Part shown: positions 30,501-42,049 of the stretch, piece after piece
Position numbering within the stretch: the stretch's first letter is position 1
How the letters are laid out: every line of letters begins with the position of its first letter
Position numbers and translations under genes: made by a program
The notes under the pieces: generated by a model
What the model saw: the letters and a program-made list of their open reading frames with translations, nothing else
Database searches by the model: none
Told to the model about the DNA's origin: nothing
Source of the DNA: an uncultured Lachnoclostridium sp.
GTDB taxonomy: Bacteria > Bacillota > Clostridia > Lachnospirales > Lachnospiraceae
Length of the DNA stretch: 64,000 nucleotides
Direction of reading: 5' to 3'
Assembly (NCBI GenBank): GCA_930986645.1
Contig: CAKNJS010000003.1
Span: forward strand, 52,635-116,634

Positions 30501-30888
30501 CGACTACTTTATCTATTTCCGTCATTGTAATCTCGCGGGTAAGAACACCGGTTTTCCCCGAAGACACCGGTTCCAGTTCAACACCATCGGAGGTTGTTAC
30601 AGCAATAGAGGCCATTTGTTCCTCCGATTTATTTTCCCCGTTTCCCGCCTGCGCAGTAACCAATACATAGTTACCCGGGGTCATGCTGAAAGTTCTTTCT
30701 CCCTCGCTAAAGACTGCCTCTCCGAAATCCGCATTTTCCAGTTTTACAGTTCCTTCCCCCTGTATCCGAAATGTAATCTGATACGTTTCTGTGTGATCAG
30801 CCTCTGCAGCTGCAGTTTCACCCGGTGCGGCAATCATCAGCCCGGCGCCCAACAGGAAAGCGGTTATTCTCTTCAGACATTTTCTCAT
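27586..30888 (-). CDS. Sortase-anchored adhesin with SpaA/CnaB isopeptide domains and VaFE (T-Q ester) domain
   Basis: Signal peptide; repeated KxD...GAxF...YxxxExxAPxGY units; TIVVFEYLY...H..DD..QQ; APQTG + TM + KKYRRK. Confidence 0.85.
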   Translation of the reverse strand: MRKCLKRITAFLLGAGLMIAAPGETAAAEADHTETYQITFRIQGEGTVKLENADFGEAVFSEGERTFSMTPGNYVLVTAQAGNGENKSEEQMASIAVTTSDGVELEPVSSGKTGVLTREITMTEIDKVVDIRFGSSLDVRNKVMRVAASSNETFPEQGDKFTGTCTVKSVIGGNGHTVHGVTLTGTTGILAGEGDIEADCAQRSAAAPVAGMKYNYTYTITSVDKSSGRVTGSIYFVSQIQPASGAVDSDGYLIGYQALSGMFSIQREYKGKLLLKKTSANGSVTDGNICYSLIGAKYGVYSDAGCASQAAVLTVKEDGTSDTVELAAGRYFVKEITAPKGYALDGTIYTADVSAGNTAVVNAKDVPQSAPVNILLEKTDAESGEKSPEGNASFADAEFTIRYYAGYYDQDPALKGIQAARTWVMKTDESGRIVFQDAQKISGDAFYRNSEGKNVLPLGTVTIQETKAPAGYLVNEKVFVEKITASGNSEMVKTYNGPEVPEEIIRGDLQIVKFSRNPEEEQDQKTALGGICFEIISKTTGETVEITTDENGYASTAQLGESRGGLIYDTYTVHEKNTSDGLVPVKDFEITISEEGKTLYYILEDAAVVSPVQLVKTDSTTGKTIPAAGVKFRLLDSEKQPVTMTTYYPEKKVYEIFETNEKGMFLLPEKLAAGDYYFRELQAPDGYLICDKDVRFTIEESHEWDSPLEILFPDVPVKGRIHVTKKDAGSGSLLEGAEFDIEAAEDIVTPDGTVRAVKGETVDTIITDEKGTGISKELFPGRYTLTETKQPSGYVRSDRKIEAEIRWKDQVTAVVTERIDVENVPTKFVLAKKETGTENYLSGAEFELWGESEEKMILKTGEDGTVTVEKLEPGTYSIRETAAVTGYLLDDTIYHFTVDEDGKIDGKETGIMTVENDRTRITQTKAVNADTGEQELMPEESRVIDTVSMEKLRDGTEYLLRGILMDKQTGKPLRENDAADGDILLVEKKFTASGTKMDVEMEFAFDAAAFAGRTIVVFEYLYQDEIEIGRHAALDDLMQQLYVKDVEQQSGESKEDNTGTEEAPQTGDKSEPLPFAAAAVGAGSTAMLLAAWMWKKYRRK

Positions 30889-31829
30889 CCCATCAGCCCT
30901 CCTGTCATAAACTCTGTCCCCCGTCTCAGGTAACCGCCCTTAATCTCATAAAGGTATGCATGATCGCTCAGTACCTCCTCGTCATCCACCTGTGTAATAT
31001 TTATCTCCCGAATCATCTCATCCAGTTCTGCGGCACTTATATTCTCACAGCGCGGCACAATTACAACCTCGTGCACACTGCTCGGAAGTACGTAATAATC
31101 CGTTCTCAGTATCTCTCCGATCATTTCAAGAATATGCGGATACGCGATACAGGCAGCTCCGTAGCTTCTGGATTTATTGGAAAGTATATACATCCCGTCC
31201 CTTGACTGCACATTCCCGGTAAGAAGGTTCTCTGATGCACCGGCTCTTCCGTTTTTGCTGAGCATTTCTTTCAAAGCATAATCCATTGTAAAGAATTCCG
31301 CCGGAAGAAGACATCTGGAATTTCTTACGGAATCTGCCCACAATGTATCCGTCTCAACGTTCCACTGTTCCATATGCCGTCTGGTTACCGTCATTACAGC
31401 TGTTCCCTCATCTGAAGCTTCCAACAGCACATAAAATACAGCTGAAAGATCCAGAAATGGAATATGAGGCACTGTGCTGAGGAAATGTCTGTTTTTCGCC
31501 GTATTGACCAGCTTGAAAACAATCCTGTCTTTTACCCCCTTGTAATTCAGGATTTTTTCGCAATCCCACGGCTTTTCCTGTTTAATGCTCTCATAGAACA
31601 ACAGTATCTCGTCGACAATCTTCTCAATTGATATTCCGTTTTTATAATTCTGATAATATTCTTCAAGATAAATAGTCGGGGAAATATTAATCCCCGGGGT
31701 CTCAATCATCACGCCGGTGCGTTCAATCCCGTTATTTTTTTCAGCCGTATACAGGCCAGCTTTAACACCTCCTGTCATTCTTTGATTCATTTGTTTCTCT
31801 ACCGCGTCTGTAAATGCTCTGTAATCCAT
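30885..31829 (-). CDS. DUF5688 family protein
   Basis: KNNG, ISPTIYLEEYY, KLVN..KN, FLDL, MYILSN...YGA, YVLPSSVHE, NITQV..EEVLSDH; ATGA-coupled to adhesin. Confidence 0.82.
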   Translation of the reverse strand: MDYRAFTDAVEKQMNQRMTGGVKAGLYTAEKNNGIERTGVMIETPGINISPTIYLEEYYQNYKNGISIEKIVDEILLFYESIKQEKPWDCEKILNYKGVKDRIVFKLVNTAKNRHFLSTVPHIPFLDLSAVFYVLLEASDEGTAVMTVTRRHMEQWNVETDTLWADSVRNSRCLLPAEFFTMDYALKEMLSKNGRAGASENLLTGNVQSRDGMYILSNKSRSYGAACIAYPHILEMIGEILRTDYYVLPSSVHEVVIVPRCENISAAELDEMIREINITQVDDEEVLSDHAYLYEIKGGYLRRGTEFMTGGLMG

Positions 31830-31954
31830 TTTTCTCCTTTCCGTAACGCGGTGCATTATAAATTAGATGAGAAAACCGGTACGATATGTACCTCATGAAA
31901 ACTTAAGCTCCATGAAATGATAAAAAAATAATTGAACAATATTATGTGCTCTTG

Positions 31955-31983
31955 ATTATAGTCGAGTCAAAGCGCAAAATCAA
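31955..31983 (-). promoter_or_regulatory. Sigma-A promoter of DUF5688-adhesin operon
   Basis: TTGATT-17bp-TATAAT on - strand, bracketed by inverted repeats. Confidence 0.6.
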
Positions 31984-32049
31984 TGGGGCACATTTCACAA
32001 AAAGAGTCTTGAAATTTCTCCCTATTTCACAAAGGCCGAAATAGAAAAA

Positions 32050-32071
32050 GGATGCACTTTACAGTGCATCC
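32050..32071 (-). terminator. efp terminator
   Basis: aaaaaGGATGCAC-tttaca-GTGCATCC. Confidence 0.7.
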
Positions 32072-32104
32072 CGAATTTGAATCAGCATTTAAAACCTGAA
32101 CAGA

Positions 32105-32662
32105 TTATACTCTTGACAGATACTCACCTGTACGTGTATCAATCTTAAGTACATCGCCTGTCTCACAGAACAGCGGTACATTGACAACCGCACCCGTCTC
32201 AACAGTAGCCGGCTTTGTAGCTCCCTGTGCTGTATCTCCCTTAAAGCCCGGCTCTGTCTCTGTAATTGCCAGCTCTACAAAAAGCGGCGGCTCTACAGAA
32301 AATACATTTCCCTTGTGGGAACAGATCTTAACTGTCTCATTCTCTTTCACAAACTTGAGAGAATCTCCTACCACTTCAGAATCAAGTGCGATCTGATCAT
32401 ATGTCTCAACATCCATAAAATTGTACAGATCTCCGTCTTTATAGAGATACTGCATATCTTTTCTGTCGATATGGGCATTCTCAAACTTCTCAGTCGGACG
32501 GAATGTCTTCTCAACTACACCGCCGCTGATAATATTTTTCAGCTTTGTTCTTACAAACGCTGCTCCCTTTCCCGGTTTCACGTGCTGAAATTCCAAAATC
32601 TGATAAATATTTCCGTCAATCTCAACGGTAATGCCATTCTTAAAATCTCCTGCTGCGACCAT
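32105..32662 (-). CDS. efp: Elongation factor P
   Basis: [40 protein letters not shown]. Confidence 0.97.
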   Translation of the reverse strand: MVAAGDFKNGITVEIDGNIYQILEFQHVKPGKGAAFVRTKLKNIISGGVVEKTFRPTEKFENAHIDRKDMQYLYKDGDLYNFMDVETYDQIALDSEVVGDSLKFVKENETVKICSHKGNVFSVEPPLFVELAITETEPGFKGDTAQGATKPATVETGAVVNVPLFCETGDVLKIDTRTGEYLSRV

Positions 32663-32718
32663 TTATCTTCCTCCTTCGATTTGCGCGCCGTACCGGCACT
32701 CCATTAATTAATTTTATA

Positions 32719-33228
32719 CTAATTTTCCTTATTTTTCAATCTTTTTTTATAGAAATGAAGAACGATCTTCTCAAGATACCTCTTGAACACAATCTGGATC
32801 TCTTCTTTCGGGTGTATCGGTTTCACGAGAATATTATGAATTCCCGCCCTTTTTGCTCCCCACACGTCAGTGAACAGCTGGTCACCCACAAAGACCGTGT
32901 TGCTTCTGTCGGTCCCCATAATTTCCATCGCCCTGATATAATTTTTTGTTGACGGCTTATGGGCATTAAAGATATAGTTTGTTCCGATATTCTTGTTGAA
33001 CATTTTCACCCGCGGTTCCTGATTATTCGAGATCAGGCATGTAGAAAATCCGATTGTTTTCAGCCTGAGGAACAATTTCTCAGCGCGCTCATCTGCAGGC
33101 GCTCCGTGCGGCACCAGCGTATTGTCTATATCAAATATCACGCCTCGGTACCCCTGTTCATATAGTTTTTCAAACGGGATAACATATGTGGACGCCATAT
33201 ATTCATCCGGAAAAATTCTTTCAAACAT
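32719..33228 (-). CDS. YqeG family HAD IIIA phosphatase
   Basis: FDIDNTL, ISNN, AHKP, VGDQLFTDV. Confidence 0.9.
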   Translation of the reverse strand: MFERIFPDEYMASTYVIPFEKLYEQGYRGVIFDIDNTLVPHGAPADERAEKLFLRLKTIGFSTCLISNNQEPRVKMFNKNIGTNYIFNAHKPSTKNYIRAMEIMGTDRSNTVFVGDQLFTDVWGAKRAGIHNILVKPIHPKEEIQIVFKRYLEKIVLHFYKKRLKNKEN

Positions 33229-34013
33229 TATTTTGTATCCAACCTCATCAACTTCGTGATCAGTTCCTCACAGATCTGGAGAATCGTCTTGTTGTCCGTC
33301 TGTATTACAATATCGGCCGCAGCCTCATATTTTTCTCTGCGTTTTTCCATCATATCCGCGATGAACTCTACATTATTGTTTCCTTTAAGCAGCGGCCTGT
33401 CATTACTGTCTTTCACCCGCTCATAAATTGTTTCCGGACTGGCTGTAAGAAGGACGACCCTTCCGTTTTTCTTCATTTCCACAACATTTTCCTCGCGGAG
33501 TGCAACACCTCCTCCGCAGGATATAATACATCCGCTTCCGGTCTGAAGCTCTTTCAGAAGTTCTGTCTCAAGATTACGGAAATATTCTTCCCCGTAAGTT
33601 GCAAAGATATCCGGTATGCTCATCTCCTGACGCTCGGAGATCTCCTGATCCATCTCCACCAGACGCATATCAAATATTGTACTCAGATAATCCGCTATAG
33701 TTGACTTTCCGGCTCCCATAAAGCCGATCAGAACGATATTATACGGGAATAGTTTTCTTGCCTGTATGCGTTTGCTGTTTCTCAGGATCCTGCTGAACAC
33801 ATCCTGAATTTCTTCCCGGTATTTATTGTCCCGAAGTTTATCATTAAGACGTTTCTGCTGCTTCTCCTCCTGTGCCGGCTGCAGGATCGGCATTCCATAC
33901 GTCTCTTTATAAGCCATGATCTTCTCTACAATGCCGTTGCGTTCGACAAGGGCATCTATGATCTTATCATCGCAAAGAGCAAGCTGCTCCCGGTACATTT
34001 CCAAATCGTTCAT
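33228..34013 (-). CDS. aroK: Chorismate mutase (AroQ)-shikimate kinase fusion
   Basis: N-terminal AroQ-like helices; IGFMGAGKST, GEEYFRNLE, SCGGG, RPLL; start re-called at MNDLE. Confidence 0.85.
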   Translation of the reverse strand: MNDLEMYREQLALCDDKIIDALVERNGIVEKIMAYKETYGMPILQPAQEEKQQKRLNDKLRDNKYREEIQDVFSRILRNSKRIQARKLFPYNIVLIGFMGAGKSTIADYLSTIFDMRLVEMDQEISERQEMSIPDIFATYGEEYFRNLETELLKELQTGSGCIISCGGGVALREENVVEMKKNGRVVLLTASPETIYERVKDSNDRPLLKGNNNVEFIADMMEKRREKYEAAADIVIQTDNKTILQICEELITKLMRLDTK

Positions 34014-34062
34014 TTTATTCCTCCACATCTGTAAAATCGACGTATATAACCATCATATTATA

Positions 34063-34710
34063 TCAATTTTCAGATGCGATAGCAAGACTCACATTTTCTT
34101 TAAATGTCTCCCATGCATCCTCATGTTCTACAAAATATTTCGGACAGTTTTTTCCTGTCACATCATAATGACGTATTACATCATCTGAGGTAAGATTAAA
34201 TTTTACACACAGCCATGCAGTAAGCTGTACCAGAGAGCGATATGTCTTATCCGTAAACTTTCCGCTCTCATCAGGATGGCACACTTCGATAGACACTGTA
34301 TCATAATTTCTGTCATTAGATGCATAAGCCACTTCCCATGTCGGAACACACTGTATAATCTCTCCGTCAAGTCCCACTATAAAATTGCTGCTGGCAGATG
34401 TTTCGTGAGAGTACTGCAGTCCATTGAAATAATCCCTGTTTTCCTGTGCTGTACTTCCCGGGTTTGCCGTATAATGAATTACAATACCTGTAATTCCATT
34501 GGTTTGAATTCCCGGACGCGAATAGGGATTAACATCCAGCAGCTGCACATCCAGATCCGGCTCCGATGCATCCACATTTATATACCCTGTGCCAAGCGAT
34601 GTAAATCCCCTTACAGCAAGCACGAGAGTCAGAATTATAAGTATAATCATTCCCCATATTAAGTACCCGTTTTTCTTAATAAATCTGCTTTTTTTCTTAT
34701 GTTTTTTCAT
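34063..34710 (-). CDS. Membrane-anchored N-acetylmuramoyl-L-alanine amidase (Amidase_2)
   Basis: Basic N-terminus + TM; IVIHYTAN, SIEVCH, IRHYDVTGKNCP. Confidence 0.85.
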   Translation of the reverse strand: MKKHKKKSRFIKKNGYLIWGMIILIILTLVLAVRGFTSLGTGYINVDASEPDLDVQLLDVNPYSRPGIQTNGITGIVIHYTANPGSTAQENRDYFNGLQYSHETSASSNFIVGLDGEIIQCVPTWEVAYASNDRNYDTVSIEVCHPDESGKFTDKTYRSLVQLTAWLCVKFNLTSDDVIRHYDVTGKNCPKYFVEHEDAWETFKENVSLAIASEN

Positions 34711-34789
34711 CTGTAAGCCCCGCCTTCTAACTTATGATATTATCATACAATTCTGTAGCGGAAGTGAACAAAATCTTATGAATTTATAA

Positions 34790-34819
34790 AAAAAGAATCC
34801 TGTTGAACAGGATTCCTTT
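34790..34819 (-). terminator. guaB terminator
   Basis: aaaaaGAATCCTGT-tga-ACAGGATTC. Confidence 0.75.
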
Positions 34820-34837
34820 CTATGAAATATAATTTAT

Positions 34838-36337
<1,500 letters not shown>

Positions 36338-36497
36338 TTATAAATATTTAACTGATATACTAACGAAATTCAATGGAGATGTCAACCATTTTCAGGCGAA
36401 GCCGCACTGAATCAGACTTGATTTATTTTAAGATTTATTTATAAGCTGAACTTATGTATCTATAAAACTGTGTTTTCCGGACCATAACATCAATCGA

Positions 36498-36535
36498 ATA
36501 AAAGGGCGAAGAGTTTTAACCCTTCGCCCTTTATA
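36498..36535 (-). terminator. groEL terminator
   Basis: ATAAAAGGGCGAA...TTCGCCCTTTAT. Confidence 0.75.
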
Positions 36536-36549
36536 TAACAAATATGAAA

Positions 36550-38193
<1,644 letters not shown>

Positions 38194-38202
38194 TTAATGT
38201 TT

Positions 38203-38490
38203 TTATTCTTCAACAATTGCTAAAATATCACTCTGTTTTACAATGATATATTCTTCTCCGTCCAGTTCAACATCTGTTCCTGCATATTTGGAGTAGATTA
38301 CTTTGTCGCCGGCTTTTACCTGCATTACAACTTCTTTGCCATCTATATTTCCGCCCGGTCCAACAGCGATAACTTCTGCTTCCTGAGGTTTCTCTTTCGC
38401 CTGTCCCGGAAGAACGATACCGGATTTTGTTGTCTCTTCTGCTTCTAACTGTTTTAAAACAATTTTGTCACCCAACGGTACTAACTTCAT
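38203..38490 (-). CDS. groS: Co-chaperonin GroES
   Basis: PLGD, TKSGIVLP...KEKP, AVGPG, KYAG. Confidence 0.98.
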   Translation of the reverse strand: MKLVPLGDKIVLKQLEAEETTKSGIVLPGQAKEKPQEAEVIAVGPGGNIDGKEVVMQVKAGDKVIYSKYAGTDVELDGEEYIIVKQSDILAIVEE

Positions 38491-38517
38491 TGTAATTCCT
38501 CCTTAAGCTTTTCTTTG

Positions 38518-38544
38518 TTAGCACTCATTTCTTACGAGTGCTAA
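38518..38544. promoter_or_regulatory. CIRCE element (HrcA operator)
   Basis: Perfect TTAGCACTC-N9-GAGTGCTAA upstream of groES; extra half-site TAGCACTC at 38562 inside promoter TTGACA-17-TATTTT. Confidence 0.95.
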
Positions 38545-38694
38545 ACCTCATGAATATAAAATAGCACTCCGTTTTAAATTTGTCAACACAGTTTACAAGG
38601 TTTTTATATTTTCTGTAACAGTTCTGTCATCTGATATCCAGATGAACCGGCCGCTGGCAAATAATCCTGCAAATGAACAAGAAAAAACGCGCCG

Positions 38695-39021
38695 TCAGGC
38701 ACGTTTTGTCATTTTTCTTCCTTCGTATACGTTATAAAAGCCATTTTCTATTCTGAACTTTAATAAGTTTCTGTCCTCCTGCCGGTATCTCTCTTTCACA
38801 ACACCCGTACAATACAGAAGCTCGGTTCGCGTAGATATGTAACATCTGTATTTGGCATCCAGAGAAATCGTCTCCAGCTTATCTTCTTTAAGTTCCAGAT
38901 AGATAAAATCCTCTTCCGGATCATATTTGCGAACTCTGCACTGGCGTGTGGAATCATCAAAAATACCGTCAGCAGACAGGATTTTTTCCATTCTAAGGTC
39001 AACAGGATTTCCTTCGTACAT
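38695..39021 (-). CDS. Hypothetical protein, possible PilZN/YcgR N-terminal-like beta-barrel
   Basis: GGAGG RBS, cotranscribed after codY; beta-rich pattern LYCTGVVKERY...LLKFRI. Confidence 0.6.
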   Translation of the reverse strand: MYEGNPVDLRMEKILSADGIFDDSTRQCRVRKYDPEEDFIYLELKEDKLETISLDAKYRCYISTRTELLYCTGVVKERYRQEDRNLLKFRIENGFYNVYEGRKMTKRA

Positions 39022-39037
39022 ATATCAGCCCTCCAGC

Positions 39038-39817
39038 TTACATACGCTCTTTTTTTATCTTTTCCAATTCGGTAAATACATAGTCGTTGAGAACTTTAAT
39101 ATAAGTTCCTTTCATACCTGAAGAACGGGATTCAATCACTCCCGCACTTTCAAATTTACGCAGGGCGTTCACGATTACAGATCTTGTAATACCGACTCTG
39201 TCCGCAATTTTGCTCGCTACCAGTATGCCTTCTGTACCGCCAAGTTCGTCAAAAATATGAATAATTGCCTCCAGCTCCGAAAATGACAGCGTACTGATCG
39301 CCGACTGGACAATATGCTCTTTTCTCGTCTCCTCGGCACTCTCTTCATTTACCGAACGAAGCATTTCAAGTCCAACTACCGCGGTACCGTATTCGCTGAG
39401 AATAATATCATCAATCGAATACACTGCATCCTGCTTATAGATGAAAAGTGTTCCGAGGCGTTCTCCCGCAATGTCAATCGGTGTAACGATTGCCTGATAT
39501 CCTTCTACCGCCTCCGGTGAAAATCCCAGAGTTTCAAGATTAACATTTTCTTTCGTAGAAAGGATACTAAGAAGGCGCTCATTTAACATTGCATCAATAT
39601 GTGAACCGACTGACTCCGCAATCAACTCATGAATTTCCTTCACGTTTGTGCACTTACTTACCCCGAGAATCTTTCCTTTCCGGCTGACCACAAGAACATT
39701 CGAGTCAAGAATGTCTGTCAGAACCGCACAGATATCGTTAAACACGACCTTGCTCGAATTATTGTTATGGAGCAGTTTATTAATTTTTCTTGTTTTGTCT
39801 AATAATTGTACACTCAT
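39038..39817 (-). CDS. codY: GTP-sensing pleiotropic repressor CodY
   Basis: LLDKTRKIN, GERLGTL, LSFSELEA, ASKIADRVGITRSVIVNALRKFESAG, GMKGT. Confidence 0.96.
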   Translation of the reverse strand: MSVQLLDKTRKINKLLHNNNSSKVVFNDICAVLTDILDSNVLVVSRKGKILGVSKCTNVKEIHELIAESVGSHIDAMLNERLLSILSTKENVNLETLGFSPEAVEGYQAIVTPIDIAGERLGTLFIYKQDAVYSIDDIILSEYGTAVVGLEMLRSVNEESAEETRKEHIVQSAISTLSFSELEAIIHIFDELGGTEGILVASKIADRVGITRSVIVNALRKFESAGVIESRSSGMKGTYIKVLNDYVFTELEKIKKERM

Positions 39818-39899
39818 TGTTTCCTCCGCATATCTCTTGTATAACACAATTGTATATACAAATCCCGGCAAATTGCTAGATGTATCTATGTTATCACAC

Positions 39900-39914
39900 A
39901 ATTTTCAGAATAGC
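39900..39914. promoter_or_regulatory. Candidate CodY box upstream of codY
   Basis: AATTTTCAGAATAGC (12/15 match to AATTTTCWGAAAATT) overlapping a TTGCTA-17-TAACAT promoter on - strand. Confidence 0.55.
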
Positions 39915-39934
39915 AATGCAATTCAATTACTCTT

Positions 39935-42013
39935 TCATTCTTTTTTCTTATTCAAAGTGGTAACATATCCGCATTTTTCATTTGCGCAGACGAGTTTATT
40001 TCCCTTTTCTACCATATATCCGCCGCACTCCGGACATTTTTCCCGTGACGGTTTCTGCCAAGACATAAATTCGCACTCCGGATTGTTCTCGCATCCGTAA
40101 TACTTTCTTCCTTTCTTTGTCTTACGGATTACAATATCTTTCCCGCACACAGGACAGGGAACGCCTATTTTTTCCAGATACGGCTTTGTGTTGCGGCACT
40201 CCGGGAATCCCGGACAGGCAAGGAATTTTCCATGAGGGCCATACTTGATGACCATGTTTCTTCCGCACTCTTCACAGATAACATCAGTCACCTCATCCTC
40301 TATTTTAACTGTCTCAAGTTCCTTTTCAGCTTTCTTAACGGCCTCTTCCAGATCCGGATAGAAATTGCGGATAATTTCTTTCCATTCAACTTTTCCTTCT
40401 TCAACCATATCCAGAAGACCTTCCATATTAGCTGTAAAATTCACATCTACAATACTGGGGAAAGACTGTTTCATCATATTATTTACCACTTCCCCGATCT
40501 CGGTCAGATAAAGATTTTTTGCCTCTTTCGTCACATACCGTCGGCCGAGGATAATTGAGATTGTCGGAGCATAAGTACTAGGCCGGCCGATTCCCAGTTC
40601 TTCCATCGTCTTTACCAGACTGGCTTCTGTATAATGTGCCGGAGGCTGTGTAAAATGCTGTTTCGGATCAAATTCCTCTTTCGTAAGGACAGAATCCATG
40701 CTCAGATGCCCTACGAGCACATTACTTTCTTCTTTTACCTCATCTGCTTCTGTATACACAGAACGGAAGCCATCGAACAACAGCTTTGAAGCAGCGACAG
40801 TAAAGCAATATTCGCCCGCCGAAATCTTTACAGACGTTGCCTCATAACGCGCCGGATTCATGCGGCTTGCAGCAAAACGCTTCCAGATCAGCTGGTACAG
40901 TCTGAACTGATCTCTTGTCAGCGACTCTTTCAGAGATGCCGGAGTCCGTGAAATATCCGTCGGACGGATTGCCTCGTGTGCATCCTGTATCTTTTTATCG
41001 CCGGCAGGTGCAGCCTGTCTGGCCGCCGCATATTCTGCTCCATAATTTGCGGAAATATATTCTCTTGCTGATGCGTCCGCTTCATCTGCGATTCTGGTTG
41101 AATCCGTACGCAGATAAGTGATCACACCGACTGTTCCGTTTCCCTTGATATCAATACCTTCATAGAGCTGCTGGGCAATACGCATCGTCTTCTGCGTTCC
41201 GAAATTCAGCGCTTTTGCGGCTTCCTGCTGAAGCGTACTCGTCGTAAAAGGCTGCGGTGCTTTCCGGATACGTTCTGTAGTCCTGATATCTGTGATCTTA
41301 AATTCCTCATTTTCAACTTTGCGAAGAATCTCTTTTAATTCTTTTTCAGAACGGATCGTAATCTTTTTCTTATCCGTTCCGTAAAATCTGGCTGTCAGCG
41401 GACGCTTCTCACCTTTAATTTTAAGGGCGGCATCAAGTGTCCAGTATTCTTCCGGTATAAAGGCATTGATTTCTTCTTCCCGGTCCGCCACAAGGCGCAG
41501 CGCAACAGACTGAACACGCCCCGCACTCAGCCCGCGCTTTACCTTTGCCCAGAGGATCGGGCTTATCATATATCCCACCATACGGTCAAGGACACGCCTT
41601 GCCTGCTGTGCATCTACCAGATTCATATCAATGCTTCTCGGAGCTTTCAATGAAGCCTTTACCGCATTTTTCGTAATCTCATTAAATGTAATGCGCCGCA
41701 TTTTCTTGTCATCCAGCTTAAGGGCTGCCGCAAGATGCCACGAAATTGCCTCTCCTTCCCGGTCAGGGTCGGTTGCCAGATATACTTTATCGGATTTTTT
41801 TACTTCCTTTCTCAGACTGGCAAGGATATCTCCCTTGCCTCGTATCGTGATGTACTTCGGCTCATAATCATGCTCAATATCAATACCGAGCGAACTTTTC
41901 GGAAGATCTCTTACGTGTCCCTGTGATGCAGCAACCGTATAATTGCTTCCCAGAAACTTTTTAATCGTTTTCACCTTTGCAGGTGACTCCACGATAACAA
42001 GATAATGCGCCAT
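39935..42013 (-). CDS. topA: DNA topoisomerase I
   Basis: IVESPAK, GHVRDL, ATDPDREGE, SAGRVQS, ITYLRTDS, C4 zinc ribbons. Confidence 0.96.
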   Translation of the reverse strand: MAHYLVIVESPAKVKTIKKFLGSNYTVAASQGHVRDLPKSSLGIDIEHDYEPKYITIRGKGDILASLRKEVKKSDKVYLATDPDREGEAISWHLAAALKLDDKKMRRITFNEITKNAVKASLKAPRSIDMNLVDAQQARRVLDRMVGYMISPILWAKVKRGLSAGRVQSVALRLVADREEEINAFIPEEYWTLDAALKIKGEKRPLTARFYGTDKKKITIRSEKELKEILRKVENEEFKITDIRTTERIRKAPQPFTTSTLQQEAAKALNFGTQKTMRIAQQLYEGIDIKGNGTVGVITYLRTDSTRIADEADASAREYISANYGAEYAAARQAAPAGDKKIQDAHEAIRPTDISRTPASLKESLTRDQFRLYQLIWKRFAASRMNPARYEATSVKISAGEYCFTVAASKLLFDGFRSVYTEADEVKEESNVLVGHLSMDSVLTKEEFDPKQHFTQPPAHYTEASLVKTMEELGIGRPSTYAPTISIILGRRYVTKEAKNLYLTEIGEVVNNMMKQSFPSIVDVNFTANMEGLLDMVEEGKVEWKEIIRNFYPDLEEAVKKAEKELETVKIEDEVTDVICEECGRNMVIKYGPHGKFLACPGFPECRNTKPYLEKIGVPCPVCGKDIVIRKTKKGRKYYGCENNPECEFMSWQKPSREKCPECGGYMVEKGNKLVCANEKCGYVTTLNKKKE

Positions 42014-42049
42014 ATATCTGACTCCCTCCATTGGCAGGCTTGTGCCATT

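Noticed and set aside
27347-31829. Genomic island integrated at tRNA-Arg
   Set aside because: The adhesin and DUF5688 genes lie on the tRNA 5' side; I saw no duplicated tRNA 3' end (att site) and no integrase
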